17,322 nt of DNA from an uncultured Oligoflexus sp. GTDB taxonomy: Bacteria; Bdellovibrionota_B; Oligoflexia; Oligoflexales; Oligoflexaceae. Position numbers and translations under genes: made by a program. Below are positions 1 through 7,435 of the stretch, piece by piece (position 1 is the first letter of the stretch; each line of letters starts with the position of its first letter). The notes beneath the pieces are model-generated. The model did no database searches. It saw nothing but the letters and a program-made list of their open reading frames with translations, and was not told the DNA's origin. The stretch spans positions 1 through 17,322 of the forward strand of contig CAXSGP010000099.1 in assembly GCA_964236955.1 (NCBI GenBank). The letters are read 5' to 3'.

Positions 1-101
1 AATTTCCGGATCAAGGGTTCAGGTGTTGGGAGCTTTCCTGTTGGAAATTCACAAGCAGATGGTATTTTTCAATTTTTTTGTTGAAGTAATTGAGGTGAAA
101 A

Positions 102-133
102 ATTTTATGGCATTTAATGAAGGTTTTATGAAC
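102..133 (-). promoter_or_regulatory. Tandem TTCAT box (putative OmpR-family site) with candidate -10, facing out of the left window edge
   Basis: + strand ATGAAG(117-122)-N5-ATGAAC(128-133), 11-bp period; minus-strand TAAAAT at 102-107. Same layout as the boxes at 1177 and 3390. Confidence 0.5.
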
Positions 134-207
134 GCTTTCAATGAGAGAAGCAGGCACCCAATCACCAGGAACCCCTGTATAAACTGTTACTTCAATTGGT
201 CTGCGGG

Positions 208-240
208 ATGCAGAGGCAATTTTAGGCCATGCCTCTGCAT
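208..240. terminator. Hairpin downstream of the phosphoesterase gene (terminator or mRNA stabiliser)
   Basis: Perfect 11-bp inverted repeat ATGCAGAGGCA(208-218)/TGCCTCTGCAT(230-240), 11-nt loop, about 45 nt past the stop at 285; no clear U-tract on the minus strand. Confidence 0.5.
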
Positions 241-284
241 TAAACTTTAATTATGAGCTGCTGCTGGGTGCGGAAAGGGAAATA

Positions 285-1127
285 TTACTTCCACACTCCA
301 GTAACGACTGGGCTGGAAGCATCCTTTTTATTGAGATCGCCCAAACCTAGGACTTCTTCGACAGTATGGAGAAAACCGTAATGATCGATTCTATTTGAAA
401 ATTCCGAACCAGGTTTGACTACGTCGCCATAGAAGCTTGTGTAGATATGGTTGCCTCCAAACAGCGAACTTTCGTCGAAAGTAAAGACAACCAGAGTGCG
501 AGGCGGTAGTTTTGAAGTCAGCAGCGGTAGAAAAGTAGACTTAACCCAATTGTCGGCATAAGCGACTCCGGTGTCGTGGCCGTCATCGGAAAGGTTTGGA
601 ATATAGAGGGAATAGTTCGGCAATGTGCCAGCCTTGAGATCGCCAGCCAACTGCTCTCCATTCACAATAAGGGCACATCGGGCCGGATTGGATTGGACAT
701 TTTTAAAGCTCAAAAAGGGGACATGTTTTCTTGCATATTCTCCGGATTTTGCAGCGAGAAAGCAGTGACCGGGATAATCATCGGCATAGACCTTCCAGCT
801 TTTGCCCGCCTCTTCGATGAGATCACCGATATGTCTGTCATCGATGGTGACATTGCTATCTCCTGTAACCCCAAAGGTTTCACCGCCAATCATGGCGAGA
901 TAATTCGGTTGGGAAGGGTGGGTCTCAGCGTAAAAATTGCTAAGGTTTGCGCCCCGTTTGGCGATGCTGGCAAAGGTAGGCTGGGCCATCGCCTTGTTGT
1001 AATCGGTATTTTCAAATTCAACAATTATGACGTGATCGACTTGGGGAAGCGGGGCACTTATTGGCGCTCCCTGCAGTTTTGAACTGGCAAGAACAATGCT
1101 GACTAGAGCGCAGTTTTTGTATCTCAT
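285..1127 (-). CDS. Secreted phosphoesterase (SapM/AcpA-like acid phosphatase family)
   Basis: Motifs FENTDY, THPSQPNYLAM, YARKHVPF, DDGHD, TFDES, DHY; hydrophobic N-terminus. ATG at 1127 preferred over 1139 because GGAGAA (1132-1137) precedes it. Confidence 0.88.
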   Translation of the reverse strand: MRYKNCALVSIVLASSKLQGAPISAPLPQVDHVIIVEFENTDYNKAMAQPTFASIAKRGANLSNFYAETHPSQPNYLAMIGGETFGVTGDSNVTIDDRHIGDLIEEAGKSWKVYADDYPGHCFLAAKSGEYARKHVPFLSFKNVQSNPARCALIVNGEQLAGDLKAGTLPNYSLYIPNLSDDGHDTGVAYADNWVKSTFLPLLTSKLPPRTLVVFTFDESSLFGGNHIYTSFYGDVVKPGSEFSNRIDHYGFLHTVEEVLGLGDLNKKDASSPVVTGVWK

Positions 1128-1160
1128 GACGTTCTCCAAATATTATCGAAAATTGTCGGC

Positions 1161-1193
1161 ATTATAACGTCACGACATGAACTTCAAATGAAT
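1161..1193 (-). promoter_or_regulatory. Phosphoesterase promoter: tandem TTCAT box plus TATAAT -10
   Basis: + strand ATGAAC(1177-1182)-N5-ATGAAT(1188-1193); perfect minus-strand TATAAT at 1161-1166, 10 bp from the box. Confidence 0.65.
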
Positions 1194-1248
1194 ACAGAGA
1201 TATTTATTCCCCAAAAATGGTCCAGAATTATGAAAGCCGTCGGATAAA

Positions 1249-2655
1249 CTAGCGGACAGCCTCTGCCGCGCGCAGGGTAACACATAATATTGAGCCCTGA
1301 GCGCTCGTTTCTGCCAGATGAACTGTGCCCCCAAGGCTGGTCACGGCTCTTTTAACAATCGATAAACCTAAACCTGATCCCCCTGCCAGCCTTTCATCCC
1401 CCCTATAGAAAGGTTCAAAGAGATGGGCTTTAAGTTCTTCACTAAATCCAAAACCTTCGTCTTTTATCAAGACGGTTATTGCATCCGCCTGTCGACGCCA
1501 GCTGACCTGTATCCTGGAATGGGGGGGCGAGTAAATGATGGCATTTTCCAGGAGATTGCCAAAGATTTCAGTGAGTAGGTACGCATCCGCTAGCACCAAA
1601 CATGCGGACGCTCCGTCTCGATAGCAGCTAATACCTTTTGCCTTAGCTTGAAAATGAAACAGCTTCCACTGAGTCTCTAGAAAAGGCACAAAATCAATCA
1701 ACTTTAAAATCGGTTTTGATTCAAACGTTACCCGTGAGGATGAAATTAATTTCTGGGTGAGTTGGCTCATCTGCCTGACTCCGATTTGAAGATCGCTGAT
1801 GCCCTCCATAAGCTCCGCCATGGTTCTTTCTTTTCTTACCAATACTTCGAGTGTCGCTTGTATCGCTGTGACTGGCGTCTTCAGTTGGTGGGCCGCTCTA
1901 GCCATGAATAAAAGCATCTCTTCATATACCGCAGTTGCCTCATTATGCATTTCGGTGAGTTTTTCGACGATAGATTTAACTTCTATCGTGCTTGGTTGCG
2001 AAAGGGTTGGAAAGGAAAGTGTCGAACTAAAGTCGCTGGCGGAGAGAGACTTCGTAAGGAGCGAGAGATCACGTGTAAGGCGGCGCACGATATACTGGAA
2101 GAGGAGAAGGGAAAACACCAACAGCCCTATGAGAAATGGCACGCTGGATCGAATCGTGTTGTTTACTAGACCCTGGTAGGGTGCGGCATCGTTGCCAATC
2201 AGGAGGCATAATTCAGGGGTTTTCGTGCCTGCCGGAAGGCTCTCGCCGACTTCCACGTCAACCACGAAACGATAAGAGAAGACTCGATAATTTGACGAGC
2301 CGGATTTGACAAAACGAAAGGGTTGGGAGAGATCGCAATCGATGTTTGGTGATTCTGAGCTGGCCTTGAGCAAGGTTTGTGCGTCAAGGGTATAGTATCG
2401 GAAAAAAGACGTGAATTTCAGGGTCTCATAGAGACTGACGAATTGACGCGAGAATTCAAAATCAATGCCTCCTCTGCGATCGAGATTGACGAGGCTCGAA
2501 AGTGTCAGCGCCTCGCTCTGGAGGAGTCTATCCATTTCCTGCTCGGTCAAACGAGTTTGCCCCCTATAGAAAACATAGGTCGAACAAACCAAGAACAAGA
2601 TAAAGATAAAACCACAGGCCCACAGCAACTTTTGAGATAAGCTGGCGCTTTTCAT
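1249..2655 (-). CDS. Membrane sensor histidine kinase (HisKA + HATPase_c)
   Basis: Two hydrophobic segments flanking a periplasmic domain; H-box AAHQLKTP, N-box NLLENAIIY, G1 DEGFG, F-box LFEPFYR, G2 GGSGLGL; 4-nt overlap with the regulator gene. Confidence 0.95.
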   Translation of the reverse strand: MKSASLSQKLLWACGFIFILFLVCSTYVFYRGQTRLTEQEMDRLLQSEALTLSSLVNLDRRGGIDFEFSRQFVSLYETLKFTSFFRYYTLDAQTLLKASSESPNIDCDLSQPFRFVKSGSSNYRVFSYRFVVDVEVGESLPAGTKTPELCLLIGNDAAPYQGLVNNTIRSSVPFLIGLLVFSLLLFQYIVRRLTRDLSLLTKSLSASDFSSTLSFPTLSQPSTIEVKSIVEKLTEMHNEATAVYEEMLLFMARAAHQLKTPVTAIQATLEVLVRKERTMAELMEGISDLQIGVRQMSQLTQKLISSSRVTFESKPILKLIDFVPFLETQWKLFHFQAKAKGISCYRDGASACLVLADAYLLTEIFGNLLENAIIYSPPHSRIQVSWRRQADAITVLIKDEGFGFSEELKAHLFEPFYRGDERLAGGSGLGLSIVKRAVTSLGGTVHLAETSAQGSILCVTLRAAEAVR

Positions 2656-3317
2656 CGAATCACATATCCTTCGCCTCGAACCGTTTCTATTACCGACGGA
2701 AGTCCCGCGCCCTCCAGTTTTCTGCGTAGTCTATTGATGAACACATCGATGACGTTGCTTTCCTGCTCAGCCGCATCTGCATAAATATGCTCGGCGATTT
2801 TCTGCCGGGACAGGATCTTTGATCGCTTTAGGAAAAACAATTCCAGCACAGAAAATTCCATGGCGGTCAATTTTAGAAGTTCTCCATGCGACTTCGCGAA
2901 ACGCGCGGAAAGATCGAGCAGGAGTTCGCCTATCTGCAAAATATGCCCATAGACCTGATATTTTCTGCGAATCAAAGCCCCTATGCGTAGGAGTAACTCT
3001 TCAAACACAAACGGTTTGGTAAGATAATCGTCAGTTCCGAGGCGAAAGGCCAAAGCTTTGTCGGCAATGGTATCTTTTGCCGAGAGCATGATAACAGGAG
3101 TCTGATGGCTCAAGCTGCGAACCGATCGCAGAATATCCAATCCGGACCCATCAGGCAGCATAATGTCCAGCACTATGGTGTCATATTCTATTTCGCGGCT
3201 CATATGAAGGCCATCAAGAAGATTATCGACCCAATCGACGGCATAGCCTTCTTCAGTCAGTCCTTTTTGGAGAGCTTTGCCAATCAGATTTTGATCCTCA
3301 ATGATTAATACCCGCAA
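2652..3317 (-). CDS. OmpR/PhoB-family response regulator
   Basis: Receiver motifs LIIED, LDIMLPD, MLSAK, DDYLTKPF; winged-helix end NVIDVFINRLRRKL...IETVRGEGY; TTG start preceded by GAGG. Confidence 0.96.
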   Translation of the reverse strand: MRVLIIEDQNLIGKALQKGLTEEGYAVDWVDNLLDGLHMSREIEYDTIVLDIMLPDGSGLDILRSVRSLSHQTPVIMLSAKDTIADKALAFRLGTDDYLTKPFVFEELLLRIGALIRRKYQVYGHILQIGELLLDLSARFAKSHGELLKLTAMEFSVLELFFLKRSKILSRQKIAEHIYADAAEQESNVIDVFINRLRRKLEGAGLPSVIETVRGEGYVIR

Positions 3318-3373
3318 AATTCTACCTCAAGCTTCCATAGGGACCACTGATGGTTTTAGATTATTAACAACCC

Positions 3374-3406
3374 AGAATAATGAGCCGAAATGAATGCAAC
3401 ATGAAT
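3374..3406 (-). promoter_or_regulatory. Two-component operon promoter: tandem ATTCAT box plus candidate -10
   Basis: + strand ATGAAT(3390-3395)-GCAAC-ATGAAT(3401-3406); minus-strand TATTCT at 3374-3379, 10 bp from the box as at 1161. Confidence 0.62.
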
Positions 3407-4120
3407 CAGGGAAATTCCTTCAGGCTTTTCATTAGGGATGGCATTCCCCAGGTTCGAAGCCCTTTGCTATTGAATTTCCATCGGAATGGCTTTCTGAATG
3501 ACGGATGATAAATCAAGCGTTTCAAACCTTGAAAAGCTACGGCACTCTGCTGATGTACATGCGCCCAAGTTCAGTGCGGAGTCCTCAGGGTTGATAGGTA
3601 AGAGACCGGGCGCCACTCGTAAAGTGTCAGATCAATACAAGTTTATCAATGCCTCTGTGGCAATCAATTTCGCCAATACGCCCAGCCTATTCTCATGCTT
3701 CTTTTTGGCTGGACCGGCCTCAGCCAAATTGCCAGAGAATTTTCAAATTCCCCAAGCGTTTTTACCCTGACCCGGGCCGCTCCTGACTTTCCTCGAAATC
3801 GCGTTAAGAGGCGATGGCATCGAAACGGTCTAAATCAGTCCAACGCTCAGCTCGATCCCATCGATTTTGTATTCGCCATCGACTCTCTATCAAATCCTCG
3901 AAATCGAAAATCAAGAGGGTCGCTCGCGAGCGCTGGAATGTATCCGCTCTATCTTTGGCTGGGGAAGTGAAAACTTAGGAAACTGGAGCTTTTGAACAGG
4001 ATGCATTGTTGAAATTTCATGAAGCTTGAAAGGAGACGGAAAAGTGCAATCGATTCTTTTGGCTCGACCCTTCGAAATAAAACGGTTAGCATCTTTTAAA
4101 ATTCTAAAGGAGTTTGGCTC

Positions 4121-4564
4121 ATGCGCTTCATTTCAAAATTTGGATTTTCACTAGTTTTTGCAGTGAATTTAGCCTCGCATGCTTGGGCTGCAGACGTGCC
4201 ACTTGAGAAATTTGCCAGTGTCCAGGTGAGCATTGACAAAGGTAGCTTTGAAAAGGAGAAAGCTGGCATCCACACACTTTTCGTCATCCTTTACGATAGG
4301 GAGGCAAGCACTCCAAGACCATATGGCGCACTTAAGGTGGATTTGAAAGAAGACGCTAAGGGCACATTTTATACAGGGGATCTCACATCGGGAAACATCA
4401 CCACAATGGGCGAAGGCCCCCTGCCCAAAAAATTCAAAATTAAGGCCCGCCTGGATAAGGACGGTTCTGCAGGAGGCGATTTGCCCGGAGATTTAGTGGG
4501 AATAGTCGAAAACGTGGCTGCCGGTGAAAAAGCCAAAATCAAGATCAGTCAACTGATCAAGTAA
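4121..4564 (+). CDS. Secreted protein resembling the C-terminal periplasmic domain of CcmI/CycH
   Basis: AAGGAG RBS; signal peptide ending AWA; pattern TLFVI...P.GALKV...LT..N...MG...KIKARLDKDGSA...PGDLVG recalls the CycH C-terminal domain. Confidence 0.7.
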   Translation: MRFISKFGFSLVFAVNLASHAWAADVPLEKFASVQVSIDKGSFEKEKAGIHTLFVILYDREASTPRPYGALKVDLKEDAKGTFYTGDLTSGNITTMGEGPLPKKFKIKARLDKDGSAGGDLPGDLVGIVENVAAGEKAKIKISQLIK

Positions 4565-4580
4565 AGTTTCTAAACTTCGG

Positions 4581-4620
4581 CTCTTGGGCCACCTGGAGGT
4601 GGCGCTGAAGGCCCAAAGAG
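4581..4620. repeat. GC-rich inverted repeat between convergent genes
   Basis: GCCACCT(4588-4594)/AGGTGGC(4597-4603), or alternatively TTGGGCC(4584-4590)/GGCCCAA(4610-4616); no U-tract. Confidence 0.5.
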
Positions 4621-4639
4621 GACCAACCGGATGAGTCGG

Positions 4640-5350
4640 CTACTTTTTACTGCAAACGATTCCCTTGGCACTATCACAGGGAAAACTACCTTCGCCTTGC
4701 AGGAGCAACTGGCCTCCGTTACCTGCTTCATTAAAATTAACCGAATCAATGATCGCATCCTTGGTGGTCGCGACTTCAATAAGAGGGTTGTTGCCACGAG
4801 CGATGACGAACAAAGCGCCCACATGAATGCCAATATCAAAGTGAACAACATTCTGGTTGCCAGCGACAAAGAGGCAAATCGCCTTGATGCTAGTCGTCGC
4901 AGGCTGGCTTGCCAGGTCTACATCGACTGAATTCTGGTTTCCTGTCACTTTCATCGCCAGAGCCTGTGAGCTGCTAAGCTTGATATCTTTGGTGGAACCA
5001 GAGACTTTAATATTTATAGCGTCGAGACCGCTTAGCTTCGCACAATCCGCTATATCTGTGTCTTTGCCACCAGGGGTTCCCCCGATTCCATCAGTCTCTT
5101 TAGGCCCTTTAACTTCTTTCGTTTCTTTGGTCTCAGGGTTTCTATTATTTCCTCGATCTATGGCAACAGTTTCGGAGGAAGAAGACGATTTTTCGGGCGG
5201 ATTTAGAATAGCGTCAGCCGATACTTCATCATCGACAACCTGAACTTTGAAGGCTTGTTTCGAACTAGCGGCTTCAGAAAACTCACTGCTGTCGCAGCCC
5301 GTTGCCGTCAGGCCAGAAAGCATACTCAAGATCAGGATTTTGCGGTGCAT
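4640..5350 (-). CDS. Hypothetical lipoprotein with low-complexity linker and G-N-Q-N-type beta repeats
   Basis: ATG at 5350 with GGAGAA RBS; MHRKILILSMLSGLTATGC lipobox-like signal; S/E/K/G-rich linker; repeated xGNxN strands in the C-terminal half. Confidence 0.75.
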   Translation of the reverse strand: MHRKILILSMLSGLTATGCDSSEFSEAASSKQAFKVQVVDDEVSADAILNPPEKSSSSSETVAIDRGNNRNPETKETKEVKGPKETDGIGGTPGGKDTDIADCAKLSGLDAINIKVSGSTKDIKLSSSQALAMKVTGNQNSVDVDLASQPATTSIKAICLFVAGNQNVVHFDIGIHVGALFVIARGNNPLIEVATTKDAIIDSVNFNEAGNGGQLLLQGEGSFPCDSAKGIVCSKK

Positions 5351-5472
5351 GGTGATTCTCCAAGAATTGTTTGAAAGTTTCAGCAACCCATCATTGACTA
5401 ACGGCCGTTGCCTATGGGCAGGAATAGAAAGTTTTATTGCTTTATAAACTCACCGGCGTTGGCGTACACAAC

Positions 5473-5500
5473 TGTTCGGATGAATTTCCCAAAAACTTGA
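5473..5500 (-). promoter_or_regulatory. Sigma28 (FliA)-like promoter for the lipoprotein gene
   Basis: Minus strand TCAAG(5500-5496)-N15-TCCGAACA(5480-5473). Confidence 0.5.
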
Positions 5501-5565
5501 GAAAAACCGGTTATAGAACTTAAGTAATAGATCCTTACAGGATCCTTTTATACACAGAAATAGGC

Positions 5566-5592
5566 TCAAGTTTGCCTGCCGAAAGCCGATAC
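5566..5592 (+). promoter_or_regulatory. Sigma28 (FliA)-like promoter for the TIGR02147 gene
   Basis: TCAAG(5566-5570)-N14-GCCGATAC(5585-5592), close to the TAAA/TCAAG...GCCGATAA consensus, just upstream of the CDS. Confidence 0.7.
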
Positions 5593-5606
5593 GTGACAGT
5601 GTGTGA

Positions 5607-6488
5607 GTGGTCCCACCATCCATGAGGTCGAACGTGGGTAAGGCAAAAGCCATCGATAAAGCTAAGATAGAAGTCAAGCCGAGTTCTTACCTCGACTATC
5701 GCCTCTATCTCAAAGCGCTTTATGAGCATTGCAAGAAAGCGTCAGAAAGCTACTCCTATCAAAAATTCGCTTTGGACCTAGGTTTCGGCGCAACCACGGT
5801 GATGCATCAGATCGCAAGCGGCTACCGTCCCCTCAGTGTCAAGGCGGCTACGACTATTGCCAAGACCCTTGGAATTCCCTCAGCCGAATCGAAGTATTTC
5901 ATCGCTACGGTTGAATTTTGCAATGCTAAAGATGCAGGAAAACGTGACTTGCATTTTGAGAAATTACGGGCTCTAAAGCAAGAGACTCTTCCGGATGAAA
6001 TGGACCAGGACCTCCTTTCATACTTCGCTGAGTGGTATAATCCGGTTATCTGGGAACTCGTTGCCTCACCAGCCTTTCAGCCCGATCCCAATTGGATCGC
6101 TAAAAAAATCGTTCCCCATCTTAAGCCGGCTGTCGTGCAAGAAAGTCTGGACCTGCTCCAGCGATTGGGTTTGATCGTCTACGATGAAGGAGCGAAGACC
6201 TATCGCCAGACTAAAGACAGGGTGACGACGGGTCACCGAATCAAGGGCCTGGCTTTGGTTAGTTATCACAGCAGTATGATAACTCACGCGAAGACTGCGT
6301 TGACGACGATGAACGGGACCCGGCGGGACGTGAGTGCTTTAACTGTAAATGTTAGCGATGAAACTGCTAAAAAGTTAAGAACTATGATCCATGCGTTTCA
6401 ATTGCAATTGCTTGATGAAGCGGAACGGGCCGGACCAGGCGAGGAAATCTATCAAATCAATATACAACTGTTTCCTTTTACGGAGTAA
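5607..6488 (+). CDS. TIGR02147-family protein (N-terminal HTH-like region, C-terminal DUF4423-like domain)
   Basis: YLDYRLYLK...SYQKFA..LG...SGYRPLS N-terminus, EWYNPVIWEL, YHSSMI, RRDVSALT, terminal IYQINIQLFP. Start uncertain (GTG 5607 or ATG 5622). Confidence 0.9.
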   Translation: MVPPSMRSNVGKAKAIDKAKIEVKPSSYLDYRLYLKALYEHCKKASESYSYQKFALDLGFGATTVMHQIASGYRPLSVKAATTIAKTLGIPSAESKYFIATVEFCNAKDAGKRDLHFEKLRALKQETLPDEMDQDLLSYFAEWYNPVIWELVASPAFQPDPNWIAKKIVPHLKPAVVQESLDLLQRLGLIVYDEGAKTYRQTKDRVTTGHRIKGLALVSYHSSMITHAKTALTTMNGTRRDVSALTVNVSDETAKKLRTMIHAFQLQLLDEAERAGPGEEIYQINIQLFPFTE

Positions 6489-6495
6489 AAATCAG

Positions 6496-7407
6496 ATGAA
6501 GAATGCATTTGCATCAAAAATAGGATTTTTACTCTGCGTTATCGCTCTTGATGGATGCGGAGGAACCCTTGGGGGCAATCCCGAACTCACTCAAGGAGGA
6601 GCGTCAGGGCCCGTTGCGGGAACGCCAGGGCCTGTCGTGAGCAATCCTGACCCGACAGGAGGCAACCCCGACGCCACTCAGGGAACGGGCATATCCTTTG
6701 CTTTGACAGACGCGCCGGTTGCCGATGCTAAGAACGTTTTCATTTCGATTCAAAGCCTAGCGGTTTTTAAAGAAGGCGAAGACTGGATCGAAATCCCTCT
6801 TCAAAATGCAACGGAAGTTGACCTGCTTCAACTGCAGGGTGGACTTTCGACTCCGCTTGCAGCGCTTGAGACCCTCGCAGCCGGAACTTATACTCAGACG
6901 CGCATAATCCTGTCTGATTCGAGCCCGGCGCGCCTTATCGGTCTCGATGGGCAGGAGCATATACTCAAAGTGCCAAGCGGCAGTGAAAGTGGGCTTAAGA
7001 TCAAACAGTCGATCATTGTCGAAGCTAACAAAAAGGCAAGATTCACCATCGATTTCGATCTGCGAAAGTCATTAAAATTGACAGGCAATGGTAACGGCAA
7101 TGGCGGCAAGTACATGCTAAAGCCAGTGCTAAGGCTGATTGAGAATGTTCAATCAGGGAGCATCTCAGGCAGTGGGTCGAACAGCTCGGTCCTTTGTCTC
7201 TATGAAGCGGGCACAGTCAAAGATACCAACGATTCTTGCGACAATGCCTTAACGTCCCTCAGCTTGAATTTATCATCATTTGGCTTAAAATTTATACCCG
7301 CCGGCAATTATGCCGTGCGCTTCTTTAAAGATGGCCTTCCAGTGAAGGATTTAGAGAATATAACGGTGATTGCCGGGCAAAATACTGAGATTGCAGACCC
7401 ACCCTGA
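6496..7407 (+). CDS. DUF4382-domain lipoprotein
   Basis: ATG at 6496, 7 nt after the upstream stop; lipobox-like ALDGC; motifs LTDAP, VDLLQL, GTYTQTRII, LKVPSGSESGLK, IDFDLRKS, YMLKPVLR. Confidence 0.88.
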   Translation: MKNAFASKIGFLLCVIALDGCGGTLGGNPELTQGGASGPVAGTPGPVVSNPDPTGGNPDATQGTGISFALTDAPVADAKNVFISIQSLAVFKEGEDWIEIPLQNATEVDLLQLQGGLSTPLAALETLAAGTYTQTRIILSDSSPARLIGLDGQEHILKVPSGSESGLKIKQSIIVEANKKARFTIDFDLRKSLKLTGNGNGNGGKYMLKPVLRLIENVQSGSISGSGSNSSVLCLYEAGTVKDTNDSCDNALTSLSLNLSSFGLKFIPAGNYAVRFFKDGLPVKDLENITVIAGQNTEIADPP

Positions 7408-7435
7408 TCTTTCCAGGGATCGAGCGCACCGGTCC

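Noticed and set aside
23..250. 75-aa + strand ORF
   Set aside because: No RBS or recognisable motif; runs across AT-rich promoter-like DNA and a hairpin.
1249..2655. H-box HQL instead of HEL as a sign of an inactive kinase
   Set aside because: HQL occurs in functional kinases such as TctE-like sensors; the other catalytic boxes are intact.
3447..3465. GGTTCGAAGCCC resembling a tRNA T-loop
   Set aside because: Flanks do not form a 5-bp T stem; no acceptor or anticodon arm.
6391..6495. N-terminal extension of the DUF4382 ORF in the ORF track
   Set aside because: Overlaps the TIGR02147 gene; the signal peptide begins at ATG 6496.
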